From NCBI RefSeq assembly GCF_009914755.1, contig NC_060930.1: a DNA stretch of 64,000 nucleotides, one strand, 5' to 3'. Both the position numbers and the translations under genes were made by a program. This document shows, piece by piece, positions 15,264-26,590 of the stretch (the first letter of the stretch is position 1; every line of letters starts with the position of its first letter). The notes beneath the pieces were generated by a model. The model had not been told where the DNA came from and did not search any database. It saw nothing but the letters and a program-made list of their open reading frames with translations. This DNA is from the human T2T-CHM13v2.0 reference genome, Homo sapiens.

Positions 15264-15810
15264 CACAGACTGGCACACGTTTTCTACGGAGTGCCAGATA
15301 GCAAATCCTTTAGACTCTGTGGGCCGTATGGTGGTCTCTGTCACAACCACTCAACTCTGCCATTGTAGCTCAAAAGCAGCATAAGCAAATACATACATTC
15401 ATGGTCATGGCTATACAGGTTGAGTATCCCTTATCCAAAATGCTTGGGACCAGAAGTGTTTCGGATTTCAATTTTTTTTTTTTAATTTTTGGAATATTTG
15501 CGTATATAATGAGATACCTTGGGGATGAGACCCAAATCTAAACATGAAATTCATGTATGTTTCATATACACCTTATGCACACAGTTTGAAGATAATTTTA
15601 TACAATATGTAAATAATTTCGTGGAAGAAACAAAGTTTGTGTTATGTACTTATGTGTGGAATTTTCTACTTGTGGCATCATATTGGTGCTCAAAACTTTC
15701 AGATTTTGGAGCATTTCGGATTTTCAGATTAAGGATACTCGATCTGTATTCCACTAAAATTTTACTTATAAAAATAATTGGTGGGCCAAGTTGTAGTTTG
15801 TCAACCCTTG
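15264..15810. mobile_element. MER58A-type hAT-Charlie MITE split by a Tigger4-family insertion
   Basis: gccagatagcaaatcctttagactctgtgggcc...caactctgccattgtagc and the end gtagtttgtcaacccttg match MER58A. Confidence 0.85.
15416..15746. mobile_element. Tigger4/Zombi (MER46)-family non-autonomous element, complete
   Basis: TIRs caggttgagtatccctta and ttaaggatactcgatctg. TA TSD at 15414-15415 and 15747-15748. Confidence 0.9.
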
Positions 15811-16129
15811 CTTATTCAAAGTGGCTTATTTTATTGATCCTTAACAGAGAAGGGCTTTAGTAAAAGGCTTTCCTGGGGCAGTGTTGGGGCAGGGGGAGTG
15901 GAACAATTTATATGCAATTGTTTAGCCTCCTCTCCCCCAAATTATAATTCCTTAATTAGTGGTTATTAGTCATAAAAGTAGTATACTTCTGTTTATCACT
16001 TATAGTGGCTTGAAGTTGAGGATTTTGTACTATCGGTTCCTGTTGTTGGAATTTCACTCCTTCCTCTAAAGATCTGAATATATATTGAAAAGCCTGCTTC
16101 TGGTAGCTCAGCTGTTTGAACAAGGACAA

Positions 16130-16380
16130 ATTCTGGGTTAACTGGTTGGGTCTTTATGTCGGACTGCTTGGATCGAAATCCCAACTCCATCATTTATTAA
16201 CTGTATGGAGGCAGGCAAGTTACCTAACTTCTCTTTGCCTTGGTTTTCTCATCTTTTATGTGAGAATGATAATACCTTCCTCATCAGTTGCTGCAAGAAT
16301 GTTAAATATTGTAATGTATGTAAAATGGGTAGCACAGTGACTGTCATGTAGTAAGTGTTCATTAAGTGTCAGCTATTATT
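16130..16380 (+). mobile_element. MIR, near full length
   Basis: ggcaagttacctaacttctctttgccttggttttctcatc ... tagtaagtgttcattaagtgtcagctattatt. Confidence 0.88.
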
Positions 16381-17454
16381 ACATCAATTTTCTTTAGTGT
16401 CAGACGTTGGCTGTAGAGTTTTGCTTATGGTATGCCTCTAGGAAACAGATAACATCTATAGATTCTGTTCTCTAGTATATTACTTTTTTCCCCCTGCAGA
16501 TGACTTTACTAATTTTTGCTCATTAGTAAATGACACTAATAAGTATTATAAATTATGCCTGAGCAGATATTCATGCTCCTCAGGGAAAGCTGTGCAGAAC
16601 TGATGATAAATTTAATTTGTTTGCAGCAAAGTCCAAGAGCAGATGCTATGGCACTAGTACCCCACTGTGAGGCCTTGCCTATCAACACATCTGCCAAGAC
16701 TTGCTTTTCACTCAAAAATCCAAAAGGTTTCATCCTTCTATGTTTTCTGTCTCTGGCAGCTGAACCAGTGCTGTCACATCACAAACAACTTCTTTTCTTA
16801 ATATACACATCTGGCGTTGGCAGTTGGACTAACTTCATAAGAGCACATGATCATCACTCATTACAAGATTAAAAAGTACCCTATGGCATCATTGATGTTT
16901 TTTAACTTTGATCTTTTGCAGTTGTGATTCATCTCGGTTATAAAACTTCCCTTTAAAGGAACATAGCCGATGACTTATTAGAACCTTCATCTTAAGTAGC
17001 GTAAACATGAAAATGGTACACATCTTTACAAAATGCCATTTATTTTCTTTGCCAGCTTATCATTTTAAGACATGACATCATACTTAAGATCCCAAATTTG
17101 TAAGTCTTGTGTTTAGGCAAGGCATTTTGACCTTCTGTTGGCAAGCTAGCTCTGAAGAACAACTGTCAGCCGGAGAAGTGGTGTAGCAGCAGCAGCAATA
17201 GTAATGCATTTAGATACCTAGCTCTTTGAAACATCGGTTTCTATTAGGATCCCTTGTTCCATCTGTGGACTTGGTTCCACCTCCAGTCTGATTTAAATAA
17301 TTTCTACAGGAATGTGAAAACTTGGTTAGCAACATCATATTCTATAGAAGTGGTTCAGAGTTAGGGAAGAGGACTGATGGGAGAAGGTATTATTCGTTGT
17401 GCAGAGGATGGAAAAAGTAAATAAGCTTACATAGGATACTTTAAATTCTCTTGC

Positions 17455-17850
17455 TGTATTTTTTAGTTGTCTATTACTAAATAATAAACTACCCTCGAAT
17501 ATAACATCCAGTTTATTATTTCTTATGATTCTGTGGGTTGATTGGGGTTCATCTGGATGGTTTTTCTATTTGTCAGGCTTGGGGTCTATCATGTAGCTGC
17601 AATCAGATAGTGGCTGGTGCTGGAACATCCCACATGCTTCATTTATGTGTCTGATGCCTTGGTGGGATGGCTGCATGGTTGGGCTCAGCTGGAATGATGC
17701 AACAGCAGGCCCCACTGCATCTCTTTCCATATAATCCTGGATCCTCTTCCTCTCCACGTGGCCTCTCCATGTGGTCTTTCCCGCTGAGTCTGACTTCTCA
17801 CATGGCGGCAGCTCAGGGCTCCCTAAGGTACAAAAGTGAGAGTTCTCAGG

Positions 17851-17882
<32 letters not shown>

Positions 17883-18336
17883 GAGATGAGGTCTTGCCCT
17901 GTCATCCAGGCTGGAGTACAGTGCCATGATCATAGCTAACTCCAACCTCAAACTCCTGGGCTCAAGTGATCCATCCTCTCACCTCAGCCTCCTGAGTAGC
18001 TGGGACTACAAGTAAGTGCCACTATACCTGGCTAATGTTTACATTTTTTGTAGAGATGGGGTCTCACTATGTTTCCTAGGCTGGTCTTGAACTCCTGGCC
18101 TCAAGTGATCCTCCTGCTTTGGCCTCCTGAGCAGCTGGAATTATAGGTGTGAGCCACTGCACCCAAGGATGTTGGGCCTTCTTAAGGATTAGGCTCAGAA
18201 CTGGCATGGAATTGCTTCCTCTAGATTTGATTGGTTGAAGCAAGACACAGGTGCAGCCTGGATTTAAGGGAAAAAAACCACCAATGGTGTGAATGTTGGG
18301 GGATGTGGTTCATGACACCAATGTCATCAACTTACA
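17455..18336 (-). mobile_element. MLT1-type (ERVL-MaLR) solo LTR interrupted by AluJ
   Basis: tgtatt...tttattatttcttatgattctgtgggttg...gggctcagctgg...ctctccacgtggcctctcc...cttctcacatggcggc, resuming after the Alu with ggctcagaactggca; TG...CA ends. Confidence 0.8.
17857..18166 (-). mobile_element. AluJ
   Basis: T26 tract and J-type gatcatagct...aactcctgggctcaagtgatcc. Confidence 0.95.
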
Positions 18337-18685
18337 TAAGTGCTTAGCTGGCAGTTGTCATTGTCACAACAGGAAAAATAATTCTTTTCAAGGTGCCATC
18401 TTCTGAAAGGACTCTTGGCTTTTTCAATCTAGGGGACATTCAAAGAAAATACTCCAAATTTACTAGTCTAATCGTAGTGTCATTCTGAATTGAACAGATT
18501 TGGTAAATATCAGATGAATTAGTGGTGGGTATTCCCTTGTGGTGCTTGGTATTAGCAGATCACTACTCAAGTGAGAAGAACATTAGATGTTTGAACAAAA
18601 AGAAGTATGAGCCTTGCCCAGCAACATGACAAGTCTGTAGCAGAAATATCTTATGAATCCTCAGATGGTTAAGATTAGAGGTTTT

Positions 18686-18967
18686 TTTTCAATTTTTAAA
18701 ATTTTTTTTCGAGATGGAGTGGCATGATCTTGATCTAGGCTCACTGCAACCTCCATCTTCCAGATTCAAGCAATTACCCTGCCTCAGCCTCCCAAATAGC
18801 TAGGATTACAGGTGTGTACCACCATGCCTGGCTAATTTTTATATTTTTAGTAGAGACGGGGTTTTGCCATGTTGGCCGACTGATATCGACCTCCTGACCT
18901 CAGGTGATCTGCCCGCCTCGGCCTCCCAAAGTGCTGGGATTACAGGCGTGAGCCACTGCGCCTGGCC
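18686..18967 (-). mobile_element. AluS with an internal deletion of about 30 bp
   Basis: Perfect 15-bp TSD aagattagaggtttt at 18671-18685 and 18968-18982. Confidence 0.95.
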
Positions 18968-19767
18968 AAGATTAGAGGTTTTATACTTTGTATCATCCAA
19001 CTTTGAAATTCTTGCTTGCTGGCACCTTGGCAAACCTACTGCCTGACACATGTGAGTGGGTTTCTAAAAATTTTTGTGTGTCGGGTCTCAGGTAGGTAAA
19101 CCATATTTACTCTCAAGGAGAGACCAAAGCTGTGAATTGTGTACTTCCTGCCAGGGCACTGGCATTCACCACTGATCAGCCAGCCACCTGTCTCAACCTG
19201 GTGGGAAAAAGGAGAAGCTCTGCCTTTTTCCCTCCGGTGATCTAGCTCCTTTCTTGCAAGCTCAGAGTACATGGCTGCAACATTTCTCTGCTTGTCTTTG
19301 TGTGTAGCTTCAGTAAGGGTCTGGGGCTTAGGTTAGTGAGAGGTTATCTGGAAGTATAGGGTACTGTTGGTATTTCTAGGCTTGCCTTAGTATCCTGCTT
19401 CACTCAGCTTGTTAGGCTTAGGTCCTGCAGCTAAACTATTTTCTTTTCCTGTTTGCTTATTCTCAGTTGTGCCCAATTCATCAACAAATCTGTAATTGTT
19501 CAGAGAAGTTTTATTTCTCTGTATTTTTGAGGCATGTCCAATTGCAGAAGTTTTACCTTAACAAACTTGAGTGAACAGACTTAACGAAACAGGTGGTGTA
19601 GGCAAGACATCATCTCATTTTTCTCTTACGCTGTTCCACCTAGTTCTGGGACTGCTTTCCAGCCTGGTGAAGGGTGGAGAGAATGGAGGGGTTGACATTT
19701 TTCTCTTCCTCATTCCAGCTGATGTCAGCGGCAGCTCACTTTTATCCTCCATTACTTTTCATCTTAG

Positions 19768-20141
<374 letters not shown>

Positions 20142-22199
20142 CAGGAAGATGCTTATTTAGAGATTGGTCACATGTGAAATAAGGTGAGGGTACATGTAAA
20201 ATATGTTGGATAGAGGGACAGCAGATGTATTTTTTAAGATTATTTGATTCTTCTGGACACAGTTCTTGCATTCACATTCTTGCAGTCTGTGAGGATGATT
20301 TGAAAAAACCTTGATAGCCTTTGTGCCATGCCCCAGATGCTGCAGGCCTGGGTTTTAGTCCTTAGCACAAAGCATTAGTAGAGAAGCCCTTAACTTCCTG
20401 ACTTTCAGACTTCCCCTGGGTTCTTCACTGTCTCCGAAGTGCCCAAGGAATAGAATTTATGGGTAAATGCCATGTTTTGATATTTACAAGTTGGCAAATA
20501 CAAGCAGCAATTTGATTGTCATAGATATTAATCACTTGGCTACCAGTATATAAAACATCGTTGAAAATCTTTAACTTAAGAGAATAATAACAGTAAGAAA
20601 ACCCCACTGTTCTCTGTTTCCCTTTCTTCAAGAAGGATGAGGGGGGCGGGGGGATGGGTCAGAAGCGCTGGTGGAGGTTATGTCTGGTGGTTGGTGGAAT
20701 GTGCTCTTGAGAAGACCAGTTTTAAATATCTTTCAGTCCTTTTTTTTTGTTGACTGGCTGTCAGGAGCTGGGAAGATAGCCAAGAAGGAAATGACACATC
20801 GAGAGGCATTTTGTGTTGTGCAACATTCTGTGGAACTGATGCAAGGATATATGGCCTGTTTACACATTCCTTCGCTCGCAGACTGCATGGCAGTAATTTA
20901 ATTCAGCAGCACATGGCATGCTGCAGCAAGGAGCTATGGCATTAACATCCTTTCATGGCAAATTATCACAGCCGTTAAAACATGCTCGTGTCCCTCCTTT
21001 GCACTCTTCCCTGGCTTCCCAGCTCTGAATATGCGTTTTCATTGTATTGGACTTGTGTTAACAAGGTGCTGTAGCTTTCACAGCAAGAGCACAGTTTCCA
21101 CATGCATATGTTCCAGTTGATATATTTACTTCTAACTAAATATAGCATGGCAAGTTTTCAAGTGATATGTGTTCTAAAAACACATACATGCTTGATCCAA
21201 ATGTGTCAGTAGTTTGTATCTTAGTGTAAGTCAGAGATCATTCATTCTGAAAATAGTGTTAGGGACTTGACAGGGACTTGAGAGAAAGAGGTTCCCCTCC
21301 CCCCCTTTTTTTGTCTCTCTTTTTTTTTTTTTTAAATAATAATGACCTTTCGTTCTCAAGAAAGATAATTCCTGATAGATCACTGAAATATTCTGTTCAC
21401 CTCTATTTTGTTTGTGCCATGGCAATTTCTTCAAGGAAGACTAGACCAGTGAATAGGACATACTTAAAAATAGCAGGGAAAAAAAAGATTTGTTGTATTG
21501 CTTTTCCCATTCATACCTGTCCATACCTAGCATTTTTATAGGATACATTTATGATGTCAACTAAAGAACATCTTTGGCCTTCACATAAAATCTCTAAAGT
21601 TTTTATTTAAGCAGGTATAAAAAATAATTAATTGCTCTTGTTTGTTCAAGTAATTTTGGAAATTAAGAAAAGGCATAAAAACCATTTAGGTCTAAAATAT
21701 TAATTCAAGATCATATGTAACAGTTAAAATAAAAGACTGTGTTTGTAAGTAGCAAAGGAAGGGCTCCAGTTCTCATAATTTCTCTGCTACTGCACACTGG
21801 TGGTGAAAATCTATTTGTTGGAAGACCAAAACTCTTCATTAAAATTTAGGTTTAAGGCTTAAACCCAAGCACCCCTGGAAAAGGTAACTCAGACTTAAAT
21901 TCTTATTAAGATAAAAACAAGTGACATAGAATCATTTTTTGGGAAGTAGGTTTTGGAAGATAGGGGAGGAGTGGTCAGTGAAATCCTGGGTACTAGAAAG
22001 TAAACAGTGAGTGGCAGTGTGCAGCAGGCAGGACCTTTGCCGGCCTTGAGGCCAGTGGTTGCCAACTTCAGGCATCACAGTTTTGCTGCAGGTCAACTGT
22101 AGCAATGAGCATTCCTGATGCTTTCCAGTTCTGATATACTCTTAAGAGTGCAAGATTTTGTTATTGAAAGGTGAGAGTTTTAGGGTTCTGTATTTCCAT

Positions 22200-22680
22200 A
22201 TCTCTCTCTTTTGCAAATGTTTTCCTTTCAGAGTATTCCTTTTCTGTTGTTCTAGATACATGCTAGCTTTCCTACTCTATTGGTTTGCAAGTTATCATTG
22301 AATGTGTTTCTTTTATTTTAGTATTATCTTTACCATTTTAATATGTATATTTGTCTTATTAAAATTAATCATGATCTCTGTCCATACAAGAACTTTAGCA
22401 TTCTTTAAACTGCAGTCTCACCCCCTCTCTTCTAATGTCGTTATCTGATATTTTAGTAGATCCTTGTTTTATATTTCCTGGATTAGTCATTATCGGTGTT
22501 TAAAAAATGTTTATACTTGTATTTATCCATTATGTTTATTGATTCATTTGCTTATCATTCCTTCTTTCACCTTAGTTCTTCCTTTTAAGTTGAGTTTGCT
22601 TTTTTCTTGATGTAGATCCTTCAGTAATTCCTTCAATGAGAAACTGTTAGTGTGAAACTCTCAGAGAGTTTTTATTCCTG
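22200..22680 (-). mobile_element. Old, highly decayed L1M/HAL1-like fragment
   Basis: T-rich stretch ending ccttcagtaattccttcaatgagaaactgttagtgtgaaactctcag, similar to antisense ancient L1. Confidence 0.4.
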
Positions 22681-23974
22681 AAAATGTTAGCAGTTGTGTG
22701 TGTTAGCTGCTGCCAACATGCGGTGATGTGAGAGGCGTTCTGCTGAAAGCCTGTCTGCTTTGAGTGCCTGAGATCCACACTTCCAGTCATTCCTTTGTAT
22801 TGAAACTTTCAGGTCATTATTATCAGGTTAGCTGGAGTAGTATTTAAGGAAATGGAACACAGGACAGATAATATTCATGAAAGATGGTGGAAGGGAAATG
22901 TTTCTAAGCTCCTGTCACTCTGGAGAACTCTGGAGAGGTCTAGGGTCAGTGAGTGGGGAGGAGGTCAGAGGGAATGTTCCTGCAGAGGAGAAAGCAAACG
23001 GGGAGGAAATTAAATCCCTTATTTTACACTTTTGCCATGGGCAGGCACTGAGTTGCTTTGGAACTTTTTATCCAAATTTATGTTAAAGAACTCCACCATT
23101 ACACTTGCTCTGCAGAGGTCATGTGGCTGTTGCTCCCTGAGCAACCGGAGCAGGAATCCTTAGATATTGGTGTCCACACGTTTCTGTCATTTTGGTGAGA
23201 GTACAGGACTCAGAACCACAAGAGCTGTCTTTTGTAGGGTAAACGAATCAACGAATTAAGAAGAGGGAAGAAAATAATGTGTGGACTAGAGGAACATGGT
23301 TTAAAAGGGCCAGGAGACCACGATCTGGGGTGAGACTAGCTCTGGGCAAGGTGGATGGGGTGACTCCAGTGCTGGCTCGGTGTGTGTCTTCCTGGGGTTG
23401 TGCAGTAGTTGGCAGGTGGGGAAGACATCAGATGACACTGAAGCAAGCTGGTGCTTTCTGCCTTGCCGTGAACTCTCAGAATGCATATGCACCCTCCACA
23501 ACATGCATTCTCATCTTCTCATTTACCTCCTTGGAGTTAAATTTTATGAGATACAATCTGGGTAAAAACGCTAGCATGTATTTTGGTTGCGGGGGATACT
23601 CAGGATGATTAATCTGGGCCTTATGCCTCCTTAGGATTGGCCCAGGAAATTATTAGTAGGCAAAGATGGGCCCTTCAAGGAGATGATGAAGGTACCAAAT
23701 GCAGGTTGTTCTACAAGAAGTGAGGAGAAATATAGATGTGTAAAAAGAAGGGTGAGTGTGAAGTCTGGGTTACTAATTCTAGAGCTTTGGTTTCTGTTTC
23801 ACCCCCTCACTGTTTACTCCAGCCTACAAAAACAAGTGACAATGTGTTTTCTACCATGAAGGCTATTTCAGAGTAGCTTAACAGGGAATTAATCTGTAAG
23901 GGTAGTTTGTGTTTAAGAGGTGGATTCCCTTATGGCTAAGGGGATTGGAGGACTCAGGAATTCTTCTTTTGAGA

Positions 23975-24355
23975 CCTCATTGCCATCTTTGTGACCTTAA
24001 GCAAACCACTAAACTTTTCTCTACTTCTATTTCTTCATCTTTCAAATGGAAATAGACATGAAGGCAACTTCACAAAGTAGCTGGGAGTAACTCCTAAGGA
24101 ATGATCATAAAGTACTTGGCACACATGAAGGGCAGCTTAAATACCAATTAGTAATTATGTAGCGCCTTTCTGCCAAGGAGTTCCAAATGCTTAGACATCA
24201 CCTCAGTGATTCTCTGTACATCTCTCTGAGGGAGGCGTTATGCATTTTACACATAGGTAAACTGAGGCATGGACACCTGAGAACTCATTTGTCCTATGTT
24301 ACTCTGCAAGTCAGCAGATGATTTATAGAGACAGGCAAGGATTCCAGATATTTTC
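23975..24355. mobile_element. Two adjacent MIR relics in opposite orientation (+ about 23975-24130, - about 24160-24355)
   Basis: gtgaccttaagcaaaccactaaac...catctttcaaatgg and cattttacacataggtaaactgaggca. Confidence 0.7.
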
Positions 24356-25214
24356 CTGTTTATCCTGTTGCCGTTTGTCAAGTCTGTGTAAGTGTTGGGC
24401 CCAGGGGATTCTTGGTTGATGTGATGAAGCAGTGTTACATAAGAAGCATGCTTAATGCTGCAGTAGCATCGCTGAATAGTACAGAAGTCAAAGTTATAAG
24501 GCCTGGCACAGAGTGGGCATGCAGTTCATGGACATAGGCATGTTTGTTGAATGAGTATTGAATTCATTTTAACAGCTGAAAACACTGAATTTTGTGAGAT
24601 GAAAATAATACATTGTATAACTTAACCTCAATAGAATCTTACTTTGAATACCAGTGAAATGAATTTAGTACTTAAAAAAAATTAACTTTAAAAAATTGCA
24701 CAAGTGAAAAAATTGCACACTAGAAAATAAAAACTAATAATAAAAAAGAAGAAGACAGAGATCACTCATAATTGCATCTCCCAAGATTACCACTACTAAC
24801 ATCGTGATGTGTATCTCCCAGATATTCTGTGATAGATAATGCTGGTACTGTTATGAAAGATAACAGAAGTTGGGGAAATAACATCAGGAAAATGATGGAA
24901 TGCTACAGAATGGCATGACCACATTGAAGCTCAAAGGAGAGCGAATAACTGGAAATGAGGATAATTGCTGTAAGGAAAAGGAGCATGACAATAGAACCGA
25001 CAATTGTTTCCAGTTAATGGCTGCCTCTGTGATGTGAAGGGCCTGTGCTGCCTGAATGATGTGGGACTAGATGGATCTGAGAAAGATCCGTTCCTCCCCC
25101 AACCCTGTCCCACCACTGAAAATACCATCTCCCTTTAAAATAGCTGACAGAGCCTTTTTTTTGGTGACAATTAGAGATGTGTTTTAAAATGTAAATATTT
25201 CCGGCATGGGAACA

Positions 25215-25575
25215 TTTATTCATTCAAAAAATTACTTTTGAGTGCTTACTGTTAGCCAGGTGCCAGGCAGGCGTGATCCTCCCTTTGAGGAGCCTACATT
25301 CTGTAGAGAAAAAAGGCAAGAAACAAGTAAACAAACATTTCTCTATAATCACATCTAATTGCAAATTGTGATAAGTGCTGTAAAGGGAACTGATGTCATA
25401 GTAAAGAGTAATGGAGTGGGAGGGAACAGGATGGAACCTATTGAAGAGTGGTCCAAGGAAGGCCTGTCTGGGGAGATGACATTGGAGCACAGACCTAAAG
25501 GGTGAGAAGAAGCCAGTTTGAGGAAGAGTTGGGGGAAGAGACATCAAGGCAAAAGGTACATTGTGTGCAAACCTT
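25215..25575 (-). mobile_element. L2 3' portion
   Basis: ttattcattcaaaaa...gagtgcttactg...gtgataagtgctgtaaag...ggaaggcctgtctggggagatgacattggagcacagacct. Confidence 0.85.
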
Positions 25576-26299
25576 GAACACAGTCAGTATCAGAATCTAA
25601 TATCTAATTTTGCAAGGTGAGAGGGCATTAGCAATGCCTACATGGTTGGGAAGAGGTTGCAAAAAAAGTAGACTGGACTCACACACCCAAAAGTGGCTGT
25701 TTATAATTGTACCCAAGGCTGGTGTGGTGTAATTAGAGGAGCACAAAAGGACTCTTCATGTTCATCCCTCCTGGCCCCAAACCACTCTCTTATCATTCTC
25801 ACCAGGTGCCTGAGATTCTTCTTCGAGTTAAGGCTTCGAGGACAGGATGTTCATAGATGTTATCTACAAAGGATAACACATTCTAAGCCATTTTTGGTGA
25901 ACAACTTGGTTTAAATAAGTGAATCAAATCAGATTAGCTAGATACTTATTTTATAGCAGAGGACCACAAGACCCAAATTGGTAGGGAAAGCAGGTTGAGA
26001 AAGACCTTGAAGAGCTCTGGTGAGAAAAATCGAGTGGGAGGAGGTGGAGGGGGAATGGCTTGTCTGTAGCTGGGGCTCCGTAAGAATTCTGGGTCCCGAA
26101 TAACATGTTTTCTTAGATGAAGAGCAATAGGAGTGGGCTTGTACTAAAAATAACCCAAACAAAGCTGTAGGCTACCTATATAAGTAGATTGTCTTAGGAC
26201 TATGTATCATGCAGTAAAGCCTTGGCTTATGTGGACAATGAGAAGCAATCCCGAAGGTGATCTGGGTTTCAAAACATAAGAGCAACATGGAAAACTTCA

Positions 26300-26590
26300 G
26301 AATGTTTAGCGAAGAGCATTGATGATGATTAAAGGCTTGTAAAATTGAACCTATGAGGATAAGTTGAAAGACTTGGGATCGTTTAGCTTCAAGAAGAGGA
26401 GACTGAAAAATGACTTAATAACAGACTCAAAATTATGAGAGTTATTAAGCTATGTATGGTGACCAGCTGTTTTGTTTCTGGCAAGGTCAGAGAAAGAATA
26501 GGTTTCAACTGAATTAGGTTAGATTTAAAGAAGAACTTCTTGACTATAAGAATTGTTAAATAGTACAGGTTGCTGAAGGATGAGGGCTTG
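26300..26590 (+). mobile_element. CR1/L3 LINE 3'-end relic
   Basis: cctatgaggataagttgaaagacttgggatcgtttagcttcaagaagaggagactg...gacttaata and ttaggttagatttaaagaagaacttcttgac match the end of CR1 ORF2 (YEERL..LGLFSL.KRRL..DLI). Confidence 0.8.

Noticed and set aside
19060-19100. Possible recursive splice site tctcag|gtaggt at 19091
   Set aside because: The polypyrimidine tract is poor and G-rich; too weak to report without nascent RNA data.
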